A stretch of 64,000 nt of DNA from Geosiphon pyriformis uo1. Its lineage: Eukaryota > Fungi > Glomeromycota. Both the position numbers and the translations under genes were made by a program. The stretch spans positions 2,239,538 to 2,303,537 of the forward strand of contig JAAOMT010000128.1 in assembly GCA_016748015.1 (NCBI GenBank). Reading direction: 5' to 3'. This document shows, piece by piece, positions 12,465 to 26,094 of this stretch (positions within the stretch are counted from its first letter, which is position 1; every line of letters begins with the position of its first letter). The notes beneath the pieces are model-generated. The model did not search any database. It saw nothing but the letters and a program-made list of their open reading frames with translations, and was not told where the DNA came from.

Positions 12465-15280
12465 ATTTCCAAAAGTAATTTGCTATTGTTTGATTAAGCG
12501 TAAGGATAAAGTGGGATTGTGAAAAAATATATTTCCCCAACATCTAATTTTTAGAGAAAAAGTATAGTAATGTTTTGATTCTCATGAAAAGTGGAGTATA
12601 CTTGCCTGGAAAAAGATAGATTGAAAAGTTATGAGGTTTTTTAAGCTGAAAATTTTGGGCACAAACAATCAAGACCGAGACTTTATTATGGGATTCGTTT
12701 CAGCATGCTGTGGAACTGCCGCCGCTCACTTTGCATTTATAGGGAATCAGTGACGTTAATTTCTGTGATAACAAAAATGATAATGGGTAGCACTATGAGA
12801 TTAGTGAACTTTGAAGCTCAGACAACTTGAAAGAGTAAGTAAAACTTAAATCGATAACAGACTTGATGATGATCCTTTGGAATTTGCAACGCTGCTCTTT
12901 AAAGCACATCGAGAGGCCAAAACTTAAATGCCATTCTGACTTTTGAAATTATTCACAATTAAAGAATGACGTTAAAGATGGGAGGTACAAAGTATGAAAA
13001 AAAGGGGTTTTTTTAAAAAAATTCACGAGAACAGAATTGCAAGTTTAGGAAATAATATTAAGTCATAGTGTTAATTGTTCTATTTTCTAATTAGGATCAG
13101 AAAGTATTAGAACGGACAATATTCATTATGATGCCAAAAAATAGGTGATTGGTTAAAAGGTCCCTACATTACAATCATAAAAATGAAATTTTTGTGTTCA
13201 AAGTCCTAAAAAAACCATATGACTTATCTGATTCGCAGTTATTACAAAATGTTCTAGAAGGGAAATGGCTTTTCAATTCAATGATTATTTCGATTCATCC
13301 GATACTCCAAAATAACGGTTTCTTTGGGATGGCATTGTTGGATCGATAAATATCGTATTTTTAATTTATGATTATCCGAATGTGAATAGCTCAAATTATC
13401 TGTTTGGGTGTTACCTCAATATATATATAATGCGGCAAATATTGCGTATACTTGATGTGGGAATTATCACCTTCCCAAATTTTATATCTAAAATTTTTGT
13501 TAAAATCTTTTTTAGATCTATAATGCAAGTGGCTGCAAACTTTTTGTTAAAAAAATATGGAAGACCATTGTGTGTTCAAAATACAATCATTGATTAAAAG
13601 ATATTAACTCAAAATGTGTAAATATGCATGTCTAATGAGTTTATTTTTATTGTTATTTACCTCCAACTGGCCATTGTTAAATTATGACATCAATCTTGGC
13701 TGTGAAGTTTGCCATGGCTTCCTGTACTTGAACTCTAATAATCGTGATTAATACGAAATGTTTCAAAGAGAGAGGTAATGGTCTCGTAGAATTGGGATGC
13801 TTGAGTTTGCAGCCTGTGAAGCGATGCTATGATTTGAAGTCATAACGGTTCAAACCTCCGATTAATGTGTCCGTGCGCTCAGCTGGGCCAATCCTTGCGT
13901 TGCCTGGGATAAATTTAACTGTTTAAATTCCTACATTTATATTATTATTAAATCTCATTGTTTTTAAACCAATATAAATTTTTGATGTATTCACAATTGA
14001 ACTTATACTGGTTTAAAAATATATATTAATCAAGCTATAGTTTAAATTTTACAGTAATTTAAAAAGATTTCTATTAATAAAAAGTTGATTCATAAATATT
14101 ATCAATTTTAGGTATATTTTAAATTTGTAACACAATTAAAAAATGTGTTTAACCATTTAAAAAATTATAAATAAATTTATATATATATATATATATATTA
14201 TTCTTTTTAATTTTTTTATAATATTTATTGACAAAAGTTTTTTTAAAAAGTAGTTGTAAATATTATATTGTAAATTATAAATATATTTATTTATTTTATT
14301 TGATTGCTTTTATAAAGTGTAATTCTATTATTTTTTACATATATAAAACTATGTAATTTTTCAAATAAGTATAGTTCATGTTATTTTAGTATATAAACAG
14401 CCAATTAAATCTAAGTTAATAAATTAATAAAGATCTTTTAAACCAAATATACCAAGTGTTTTTACTCTACTAAAGTAGTTTGCAAACAAACTTTCATTTT
14501 AAACAATTGTATAAATTTATATTTCTATTATATTCTTATAGAATTTTATTTTATCGTTCTGCAAACTAAACATGTAATACAATTTTTTATAGCTAATTAA
14601 AACCATAAAAATATGCAAAGATTGCAAAAGTCTTAAACTAAAATAAGCTTTTAAACAAACTAATAACCAAATCAGAATACATCTCATTTAATTCTTCAAA
14701 AATATAAATCAAACATGCATATTTATACCAAAATTCACTTTAACAATAATAATAAAAACAATTCAATTTACAAAAATTCAATTTAGACTTATATATATTA
14801 TTAATAAAACCAATAAGTATAATAATACTATACAACTTTAAAGAGACAACAATTTTAACATAGAAAACTAAACTAGTAAATTGGCTTATAAAAAATTTAA
14901 ATAAATTGAAAAATTTTTTGAAAAATTAGCAAAAGCATTTTATAATTAAAAACCAAATAATTTAAACTTTAATACTTATAATAACATTAATATTCAAGAG
15001 TTTTTCATCAAATACAACTTTTTTACAAAATATCTTTTTTAATAATTGTTTTATTAAAAATGTTTTTGAACTTAAAGATTACAATAATAAAATATTAGTA
15101 ACAATAAATATTAAAACTTCAAAAAGTAAAACAAGTTTGATTATTAACTTAAAAAACTAATTTACTGATTTTAAAGACTATATAACTAGAAAAAAAATTA
15201 ATTAACTTGGTTTTAAATATATTATAAAAACAATTATTTTTTTTGTAATTAACAAAAAAAAAGATTTTAATACTATTTTT

Positions 15281-15386
15281 TATTATTAAAACTAATTAAC
15301 AGATAAAAAAATTGAATAATACAATAACATATTATTAAAACTAATTAACAGATAAAAAAAATTGAATAACACAATAACATATTATT
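15281..15386. repeat. ~49-bp tandem duplication
   Basis: The unit TATTATTAAAACTAATTAACAGATAAAAAAATTGAATAAYACAATAACA occurs twice back to back (one extra A in the second copy). Confidence 0.85.
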
Positions 15387-15769
15387 ATAAATCAGTAAAT
15401 TTCAGTTCAATACCAAAAATTTACTAAAATTATTATTTATTATAAAATAATAATTAATTATAAAAATATTAAACTATTTTAATATTTTAAATATAAAAAA
15501 ACCAACTTAAATTTATTTTCAGTTTTTTAAAAAAATTAGCATTAGTTATAAATTAACTTTTTTGGTTTATTTTTTGGTTTATTTCTTTGTTTATATTTAA
15601 TTTTTAATAATTTTTTGTTAATTTGCTAAATTATAACAATTTAATTTACTTTTTTAATCATTTATTATGTTTTAAAAACAATTAATTTTACTTAAATAAT
15701 TAACAAAAAAACATTTAACTAAAAAAAATATTTTTACAACTATAATATACTTAAGTTATTTTATCTTAG

Positions 15770-17650
15770 ATTATTTCCAAACCAAAAATTAGTTATTCAA
15801 AAAGTTTAATAGTAATTGTTTTAAGTTTTAAAGTTGTATTAATTAAATTTAACTTATTTTTATTATTATTTAAATAATATTAGACATATTAAAATGTTAT
15901 TTATAAAAATAACTTTTATTTAATTTCTATTAATATATTTAGCTATTGAGATAATTTAATACAAATTAATATAAATTACTATAAACTTTTTACAAAAGCA
16001 GAAAAATTTTATTAACAAAGTAATAATTTTTGTTTATATTATAGAAAACTTAATTATATTGTTTATTAATGCTTTGTAAAAACAATCAGATTTAAATCTT
16101 ATAAGTTTTATTTTAGTCTTAAGTTATTAATTTAGTATTAAGTTTTCAGTTCTATTAAGAATTTTTGTTTATTATTTAATTTTGTTCTTAATTTTAATTA
16201 TATTATCAAAATTTAAATTACTAAATTTAATTTTAATATAGTTATAAAAATATTTATTAATTTAAACACTATTTTTTGTTTTATTAATTAAAATTTTGTA
16301 GTTTAATATAATATTTTGCTTATTAAAAAACAGTATTTTATATTATTAAAAGTTATTAATAAATAATATATTGTTTTAAGAAATATTAATTAAGAAACTT
16401 AATAATAAATTTTTGTTATTAATAAATATCAAAAAAAATTTCAATGTTATTAAAAGCATATATTATTTATTATACTTAAATTATTTTGGCTGTAACTATA
16501 TAATCTATTAGGTTTTTATCAACTAATTATTGTGAATATACTAATGTATTTAATTAAAAATAAGCTAGATTATTGTCAAAATATTGCTTATATAATTATT
16601 TTATTAATTTATAATTTTTCAAAATCAAAATTCAAAGCTCTTTACAAATATTTGAAAAAATATTTATTTATTATTTTAAGTTTTTATTAGATGTTTTAAA
16701 ACTTTTTATTAAAAGAATATAACTTTTTTAAGTTCTGTATTAATTATCAAAATTATAATTAAATATTAATATTCATTATTAGTTCTATTTTAAATTTATT
16801 ATATTAGTTTTATTATGTATACTTATTAAATTAATTTTTAAAATGCTTATAATTTGGTAAAAATAGGTGAAAAAAATGAATAAAAAATAGTTTTTTAAAT
16901 GTATTATAATTTTTTTAAATATTTAATTATATCAATTAGATTAACAAATAGCTTTGCCATTTTTTAGTATTTAATAAACAATGTTTTTAAAGATTACTTA
17001 CATTGATTTGTTATTTTTTATTTTTTTTATTTTAAAAATCAAAAAAAAGCATAAAACCATGTATATTTGGTTTTAAAATAATTTTAATAATATAAACTGT
17101 ATGATAAGCTTAAAATATATGAATTTAATTAGTACTTAGTTGAGCTTTCTAAATATATTATCTTTTCTAAAAACGTTTTAATAAATTTTAAAATGATTCA
17201 AATAATTTAAATTGGAAAATATTCTGCTTTGTAAAATATTCAAAAATTTATTAAAATTCCAAAGACTCAAAAAGAATTAACTTTTAAGCTTAAAAATAAT
17301 ATTAACAAATGTATTAAAAAACATTTAAACTTAGAATAAATAATAAAATTTAATTTTTAAGATGTAATATTAAAACAATTCAACTTTGTAACAAGTTAAA
17401 TTATAAAAAATTTAGCCTTTTTTAAATAATTTATAAAATTAATTTGATAACTTATAAGTTGAAACTGCCGATATACTTTAAAATTTATAATGTTTTTTCA
17501 TATTTTTTTTATTAAATTTAACTTTATTTTACTAAATAAAAAAACTATCTTTATTTATTCAACTCAAAAATAATATTGAATTTGAAATTAATAAAATTTT
17601 AGATTTAAAAAAGTTGAAAATATCTAGTTTCTTAGAAAAATACTCTACTT
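15770..17650 (+). mobile_element. Heavily transition-mutated Ty3/gypsy LTR retrotransposon relic (gag, RT, start of RNase H)
   Basis: PKISYS/KFNSNCFKF*SCIN*I*LIF (~15782) resembles gag PKISLPEKFDGxRxKFRGFINQxQLIF. IQIN..LFTKAEKFY*QSNNFCLYYRKLNYIVY*C (~15960-16075) resembles MQID..PLTEAEKxRRxxNNLCLYCGKPGHxxxxC. NAYNLVKIGEKNE*KIVF (~16842) and YLIISIRLTNSFAIF*YLINNVFKDYL (~16920) resemble RT NAYNLVRIxEGDEWKTAF and [27 protein letters not shown]. Confidence 0.8.
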
Positions 17651-19936
17651 TAGAAGCTATTTAAAAACTAGTAAAAAATATAATAAATATTTATTGATTG
17701 GTTTAAGTATTCTATGTTTAATATTCAAATAAAGTTACTTTTTTGGAAAGATGTTGCTAAAAAAAGAAAAATATTACAAAAAAATAGTTGATTATAAAAA
17801 TTTTAAATTATTTTAGAATTTTTCGAATTAGCTTATTAATTTGGTTAGTAATTAATCTAAAATTTCCTGAATAAGAAAAAGAAACCAACCAAACTATTTT
17901 TAGTTGCTTTTTTGTTAATTTACAAAAACAAAATTTTTGCAATCTTAAAAATAATAATAAAAAAGAGAGCAAGTTTAATCTGAACAGTAGTATTTAAAAA
18001 AACTTGAAACATAAACTTTATACAAAAAAGTCCAATATTGCTTTTAGTAATCATTTTTAAATTAATAAAGCTATATAAAAACTAGAGCACAGTTTTAAAA
18101 TAAGCCAATTTGATCTTAAAAGTTTTATTAAACATTAAAATAAAAGTTATTTATTTAAAAAAATTTCAATAATTAGTAATTGTTTCTTAAATAGTATTAA
18201 AATTAACAGTGTTTTTGAAAAACAGAAAAAGAAAAAATGTTTTAGTTTTTATTTTATCAATTCAATTTTTAAAATCAGGTAATTTAATAACTTAATTTAT
18301 TAAAATTAAATGTGAAAATACAACTTTTTTTGCTTGCAAAACTGGTAATAATTAGATAAAATAAAATACAATATATTAAATAATTTAGCCATATATTAAT
18401 TTGAATTGGTTTTAATAAACATATTGCTATTGTTATTATCCCAAAAAAAGAGAGTTGTTGTTTATAGCCAGATCAAAATTAATATTATAATTAATAAAAT
18501 TGCAAAAAACATTAAAAAATTAATATTTTATTTTTTATAAAAGAAAAAAACAGATTTTAAATCAAAATTTGTTATTTAAAAGACACTAAAAAAAACATTT
18601 TTCAAATATTTTAATTAATATTTTAAAACTAATTTTTTTAATTTAATTTTTATTTTTGATGCAATCTCTGTATTTTAAAATTATAATATTTATAACAATT
18701 AATCATTAAATGGTCTAAATTTTTCATTTATTTTAAAATTTATTAAATAATGATTCAAATCAATATTATAATTATAACATTGATTATTTATAATGTTTTT
18801 GTAACAGATATTTTTAAAAAATATAAAAATTTTTATATTTTTTAAAATAACAAAAATATATGTAAACATAATATACATGAAGATAAAAATTTTTCCAAAA
18901 ATACTTTAAATTTAAAAAAAAAATTATATCAAACTTTTTGCAATAAAGTATTTAAAACAATATTTTGTGTTTAATAATGTTCAAGTTCACAGATCTACCA
19001 AAATTAGGTTAGGAAATTATTGACACAAAAATATAAATTCTAGTCTCATCGGACAGTGAGTAAATAGAAATTTTTTAAAATTACACGTGTCATCCATCAT
19101 GAATTTGTTGATCTCGATGCAGAGCGTCACCTGTTTTCAACATTCAATGATTACACGCATATTTGTTGGGTGATTAATTGCCCCTTTTTATTTAAACCTT
19201 TCAGAAAATGATTTTTCATAAATCCGAAACCAGGATTATCAATTTCTATAAGAAAAAAATTTCCAGATTAAACACCCCTTATTGAAGGAATTAAAAATCT
19301 AGGCAATAAATTCTTGATTTAGAGGAATGATTTTGACTCAATATTTGTCAAAATTTTACATTTTCATAAATCTTGAGAAATTCTTTGCTGATTAGGTTTT
19401 TAGTGAAAAAAAATGCAATCGAAGAATGGTACACAATTTTTTGAGTTTTTTTTTTTTCATTTTTTCTTGAAACCAGAAGGTAGATTTCAAGTTTTTTGGT
19501 CCGAACAATATTTATAGTCATTATTTGTTATTTAAATATTTTTCTTGAAACACATGCATTTTAACATAATAAACATCCTATTGAGCAAATCTTTTCTAAA
19601 TAAAAATATTTTTATTATGTATCGTTTTGTTCTACATTTGAACGATTTAATTAGAAATGAAACTCAGTACAATATATTTAAAATTTGTTGTATCTAACTT
19701 AATGAACTAGATAGGTTTCATTTGCTTCATGATCAACTTAATTTTTTTTTTCTTTCCTTGTCTTGGTTGTTACACAGCTATTGAGGCTGATTTGTAATTT
19801 TGAATTTATTTATATAATTTTTAAAGGAAGAAATTGCATGATTCATCTCCAAAGATAATAATAATATTCTATAATCTATTTATGCTTGAATGGGAATGGG
19901 AATGGGTATGAGGGATAAAATTTTTCGTGCTCTATT

Positions 19937-21317
19937 TTATTTTTTACATTTTCCTATAATTTGTTCAAAATAAGGGCCAAAATGTGAATCAACATCACCA
20001 ACTGTTTCAATTGGATGAGTTCTAGTGCTTGAACTGCATTCCTATATGCAAGGATTTCAAAAAAAATAAATATTGTATTATTCTTTAAAAGGAAAAAGAT
20101 AAACCAAATATGCCAGAAGGAATTGAAATGAAATTAAAATACCGGATTCTCATCTACAGTCATGCTAATTCCTCTAAGCCTTTCTCTTAGAGTTTTTCCA
20201 GGACACCAGAGAAGCTCATATTGATTATTATTATTATTACTATTATTACTATTATTACAATCACAATCCTCTATATAGATCCAATATTCTGTCTGAAGAT
20301 GCCAAAAACCTAATATATCTGCAACACCTTCTTGTGTAAATGTCCTTGGAGGATAATGGGGAACGTAATCATCTGTGTGTGTTACTCGAAAAACGTCCGA
20401 TAGAGCATCATTCACGTACTTTGCGAAAACCGCATTACCCATCCGTGGTTGACCAAACGTATATGCTTCTATGAATATATCAGAAGGGCTTAACTGACCA
20501 AGCAGGAGTGCTGCAAATATCGCATAGACTTGGAAAAGTGTAAAAAAATAAAAGATGAGGATTATGAGGATGATAATGAGTGTATAAATAAAATAAAAAT
20601 ATCATTTAAATTTATATTTATATTGACCTACCTCCACCTATTCCATGACCAGCTAAAGCAAAACCATAGCGTTTATAGCGTGGATGTGATGCCAATCCCA
20701 TTATTGATCTAATGAGTGTAACATGAATTCCTTGAAATTCATTGTAAAATGCTTGGTCAACCTGTTAAGTGAATGATTGGGTTTTCATTAAATCAATTTG
20801 AAAAATTATTGGGAATTGAAATTCCATTTTTTGATACATTACAATAAATAAACATAATTTTCACTTAATAATTAAAAAAAATTAAATACTTTTGCGTTGT
20901 CGGCTAAGGGATAATCTATCATTTTATTTTTCCTCTTTTTGTACTGCTCATTGGTAAGTTGAGTTGTAGTTTTAATAGTAACAACTATTTCTCGATTTTC
21001 TGAATTGGCAAAAACTCGAGCTAAAATTTTACAATATTCGTGAAAAATAAAAAAGTAATATATAAAAATTCATGAGTTTAAAAAATAGACTGCAAAAATT
21101 TAACAAAATTCTTTAAAGCTTTACCAGTAACGTGTTGGTTCAAATGAATTGTATCTTTTGGCTGACAATCAAGTTCATTCAGATAAATAGAAAACCTTTT
21201 GAGAGTTTTAATGGTTGATTGTTCGGTGATGGTAATGCCAGTAAACTCTTCACTCAGTGCATGCATTCTTTTTCGATACGAATACTTTTGTATATCATTA
21301 TCTAATGATTTAATGGG

Positions 21318-21354
<37 letters not shown>

Positions 21355-21806
21355 AATGATGTTGTTTTTGTTGTTGTTGTTGCTGTTGTTGCTGATAAAG
21401 TTTTTCTTTTAACTCTCTTATTGTTTCTATTCATATCATTTTGAAGGAATATTTCTTGAATATTTTTATGAGAGCTCTTGAATTCAATTGTTTTGAATGA
21501 AAGATCGATTGAAGAAATTTCAGGTTGTGTTGGTAACTGTTCTTTTGAAAAATGATTCTCGCTTAAATGATTTACTTGAAACTTTATAGAAGTAAGAGAT
21601 AATTCGGGTAAAACTATGCAAATTATTATTGTAAAGTAAATTAAAAAAAGAATTTTGTAGATGGTATATGGATGAAAGGCTTCAAGCCTAATCAATTTTT
21701 CACGACATGGTATATAATGATATTTTGATAGATAGAAACCTCGCAAAAAATTTTGAAACATTATTAAGAATTTTAATTCTCCCCACCTACGCTTTTGCAA
21801 ATTCAT
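19937..21806 (-). CDS. Class-3 lipase-fold protein 4, nucleophile Ser replaced by Gly, Ser/Thr-rich stalk, five exons (~477 aa)
   Basis: Exons 21806-21125, 21020-20890, 20761-20632, 20528-20143, 20041-19937 (1434 nt). Motifs: LAGHGIGG-V, YTFGQPRMGN, RVTHTDDYVP, EYWI, CDC, HFGPYFE. Transmembrane segment ILFLIYFTIIICIVL. Confidence 0.88.
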
Positions 21807-22662
21807 TTGTTTTTCATCAACCTGGATCGCTCAAGAATGGCATTTTATAAGATGTGATTGATCAACATAACAACGAAAAATTTTACCTCGGTCTTTGGTC
21901 TCGAAATTTCCCAACAATAGTATTTCTCACGGAGATTCTCCTTGACTATGGGGTAAAATTACTGGATCAGAGAAACTAATTTGTTTGAACCTATCTTAAG
22001 AAAATAATAAATATTTCTCTAGATAGGATAAAACTCTGAGATCGAAAACGTGCTTTATGGAGCCATTGACTTGTAAGTTTCAATGCCAAAAATTTGACAC
22101 CAATCAGAATAAGTTTTCAATTGATTTGACCCCCATTTGGTAAATACAGGTCCATCGCCGATTTTTTCAAAAAGAAAAACATTTTAAGATAATCGCAAAA
22201 GGAAGTATTACTCATGTTTAGATTTAACTACGTAACTTGTTTTTAAAATAATTGTTTTGAAAAACACGGAATATTAGTTCCTGATAAATTATTTTCATTT
22301 TCCAAAAATAATAAAATTCATTAAAGAATTAGTTTAAAGTTTATTCATCAAATTAGATTTGTTTAAAATTGCCAAGAGATGAATGATATTAAAATTCCAA
22401 AAAAGAAAATTTATAAACTAACCTAATTTAATTCTAACTTAACTTTTGTATTATAATTTTATAATGTTTATTTAAAATTCTAAATAAATTATTCAATTAA
22501 TAATTTCAATTCATTGATAAGATTTTATAGATCGATTGAAATCCAACAAAAAATATTTACAACGAGATTCATAAAGAATTATTTATTTGAATAGTCTTTG
22601 AACTATGAAAACGATGTCATTTTTTTGATTTAAATTTATTTTTTAAGGATGATATTAATATT

Positions 22663-22727
22663 AGTTCCAGTTTCAGCCCAGTTCCAGTTCCAGTTCCAAT
22701 TACAGTTACAGTTCCAACGCTAGTTCC
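22663..22727. repeat. Degenerate hexamer minisatellite (AGTTCC/AGTTAC)
   Basis: Repeated agttcc-like units seen directly. Confidence 0.7.
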
Positions 22728-25700
22728 GATAAAAAAAATGAACAATTTATGTGACTAACTCATTTAGAAAAATATATGTTTGAATTAATACATTCAACTG
22801 AGACAATAAACAAAAAGGCAAAGTAAAAAATGCAATCTATCAGATTTCTATTGTGTATTTAATTGAAGGAAAAATAACAATTAAACTTTGGTATATCATA
22901 AAATCTATTAAAAATTCCACAAAGATATCAAGATCCTCAAAGTCTCTTTGTTTTTTTGTTTTTGATTTGACATATTTTATTAAAGAATTATGTTGCTTGT
23001 TCTTTATATTAAACCAAAATAGACAATCAAAGAAATTGATATTGTCATTCTTTGCGTAAACTTAAGTTTATTTTTAATTGTTAGCTTTACCATTCATCCA
23101 AGTAAAAATTTTCAATTATCATCAAATATAGTCCCTTGATTGTACGATTTCCCACATCAATATTTCATAAATCTCAATGAAAAGACAAACAAGAAATATA
23201 TATACATATTTGAGATTCAAAAATTTCCTCTTATAGCATTTCGAAAGTGATTGGTTAGTAAGAAAAATTTTTTGTGTAATTTTAAAACATAATCTAACTC
23301 ATAAAGTGAAACTAAAAAAATAATCGTTATAATAAATTCATAAAAACATGTTGATTTTTTTTTAAAAGCCTCCAAATACAATAGTATTTTACCATGTGTT
23401 GAAATAGATATTGTTTAAAAATTATGTAATAATAATACCCCCAAAGATTTGAATAAATTTCAATAAATCCGTCTATAGATTATGATGAAATGTATTATTT
23501 CTTGGTAATAATAGACTTTAAAGCATAATAATTGGGTAAAGCCCAGTAATACAAGTTTATGTAGAAAAAAAAATTTGCATGAAATTGAAAATGATCCAGA
23601 ATATGAATTATAATATATTTTATTATATATTTTGAAACTGTTTTAAATAATCTTAATTAAGCTAATTTTAAAATTAAATAAAAAATTTTAATCATTTTGT
23701 TTTATAAAAATACTTGATTTGTTATTTAATATTTTCTATTTACATACCATTAGTTTCATAAAATGAAATTTAAAATAAAATGATTTATTTTTATTTAAAA
23801 AGTAAAATTAAAAATTAATTTAATAAAAATATTTTGTTATTTGTTTTTTTTTGTTTTTTAATTAAAATGTAAAAAAAAAATCATTTCTTTTATAATTTTT
23901 TTATGATTCAAAATTGGTTAAAACTTAAACCTTGATTACTAAATTTATTAAAACTAAAAATGAAATAATTGAAAAATAATAAAAGAAATTAACTAAAATA
24001 TAATTAATAATTATTTAATTTTAATATATTATTGTGAATTATTTGATTTTAATATTATACAAATTTTATTTATTTATTTAAATTATTTTAAAATATTGAC
24101 AAATCTCTTTTTATTCTAATTTTTATAATTACAACCAGAACGAAAAATAAAAAATAAGTAATTAAGAAAACAACAATCCAAAATTTTTCTTAATTGTAAA
24201 AGTAGTTAAACAAAATTTTTCTTTTATTTATTACAAATATAAAGCAATCTTTAATTATTTTAAAAGCACTTTCTTCTTTTTTGACTGGTGGTTTTTTTTA
24301 ATTAAAGTGCTCATTAAAACAATACATCAAAAATAGTTTTAGTATAATTACTACTATTATAAAATTTTTATAATAAATTAATTATTATTACAATTAATTT
24401 TCAAATAACCAAAAATAAAAATAATTATTATTACTATTTAATATTATAAAAATAAACTCCTTTAATTTTTTTTAAAATTTTTTAAAATTTATTTTAAAGT
24501 TTATTTTGTTTTTTAGCTGTAAAATTTATAAACATAATTAAACATGTTTTATTTTCAAATTACTGGAATCAAATTTTTATTAAAAATTTATAAAAAGCTT
24601 TTTATTATTGTTATTATCAAATTTTTAAATATTAATTCTATTACAAAAATATTAAAATTTAAATTATTTGGTTTTAATTTAATTAAAAATATTCTTAAGC
24701 TATTTTTTATATTCCAAATAACTATAGACTATTTTATATGTTTAAGTTATTATTCAAAATAGTTGTATCTTTTTTTCAATACTTAATAAAAATTTTAAAA
24801 ATTTTAAATTTTAAATGTAAAAATTATTTTGTTTAATAGAATCAATAATAAAATTTATTGGTTTTTTAATAATACAAGTATTTTATTGTTGGTTAATAAG
24901 AACAAACTTAACACAAAAATAAAAAATTAGTTTTAGTAAATTAATAACTGGTTTGCTTAAAAGTTTTAATAAAATTAAAAAAATATTTATAATTTATACT
25001 AATTAAATAATAATAAAATAAATAAAAAAAATGAATTTTTAGTGAATAATAAAATATTTAATTGTTTAGTAATCTTTTAAAAACTGCTTAATTCTAATAT
25101 AAAATTTAATAAAAAAAAATGTCAGGCTTTAAATAAGTTAGTTTGTTTAAAGTAGTACAACTTTAAATTACTTTATAGATAAAATAAATGCAAAAAAGCT
25201 ATTTTTAATATCTAGCTTAATATAGTTGAAACATTACAAAATATATATTAATCTGACTTAAACTAAATTTATTAAGTTTTTAGTACTTGATATATTTTTT
25301 TATTAAATATTGATAAAATTTTACTAATTTTTAATATTAATATTTTTTTTAATAGTTTTATTTTTTTTTAATTATTTAACAATAATACAATATATTTAAT
25401 TATTTAAAAAAAAAATCGAAAATTTTTTGTAAATTAAAAATAAAAAAGCAAAATTTAATTATATTGGATTTTTGGTTTCAAGAAAATTGGCTAAAAATAA
25501 ATCAATTAAATGTAGTATTATAGTATTTGCTATAAATATTATGACCAAAAACTATTCTTACCATGTAAAAAAAAACTTAAATAATTATTGTAAGAATTAA
25601 TATCATTTTAAAACTATTAAAAATAATTATTCACGAAAATTATATTATTTTAATGTTATTTATAAGAACAAATCAATAAAAAAATTTTAAATTGACATTT

Positions 25701-26094
25701 AATCTTATCCATTTTATTTTGAAAAATGAAAATGAAAATTAAATAAATGGACAAATGCATTAGTTAAAATTAATAAAATCATATATTTTTTATAATTATT
25801 TGTAAAAAATAATTTCGCTTCAACTTTCAAATATAACTTTACATATAAGAAACTCGTATTTAATTTTTATGCATGTAATATTAGTATGATAATTACAAAA
25901 AAATTTATATTCTTAAATTATATATTTAAACTCTATGTTTGTAGTTAGTCACTTGACTATTAAAGGTTAATCAGAATAAACACTGATGAGCTGTCTTTTG
26001 TGAATTCTTCAATCCTAAAGCGGTAATCAGCTTTCAGTTTTTAATATTTTATGTTTAAATTCAAGACTTTTATTCTTTCATGGAATTATATTAA

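Noticed and set aside
13650-13920. GC-richer patch, possible ncRNA or exon remnant
   Set aside because: No recognisable RNA structure or protein motif; frames contain stops.
21199-21444. Poly-Asp/poly-Val plus-strand ORF
   Set aside because: Antisense shadow of the Ser/Thr stalk of lipase gene 4.
22663-22727. Short repeats as a CRISPR-like array or telomeric seed
   Set aside because: Degenerate hexamers without spacers and not TTAGGG-like.
22200-25900. AT-rich tract possibly hiding further transposon relics (also 14400-15250, 17750-18900, 40000-42700)
   Set aside because: Probably decayed repeats, but no motifs could be reconstructed with confidence.
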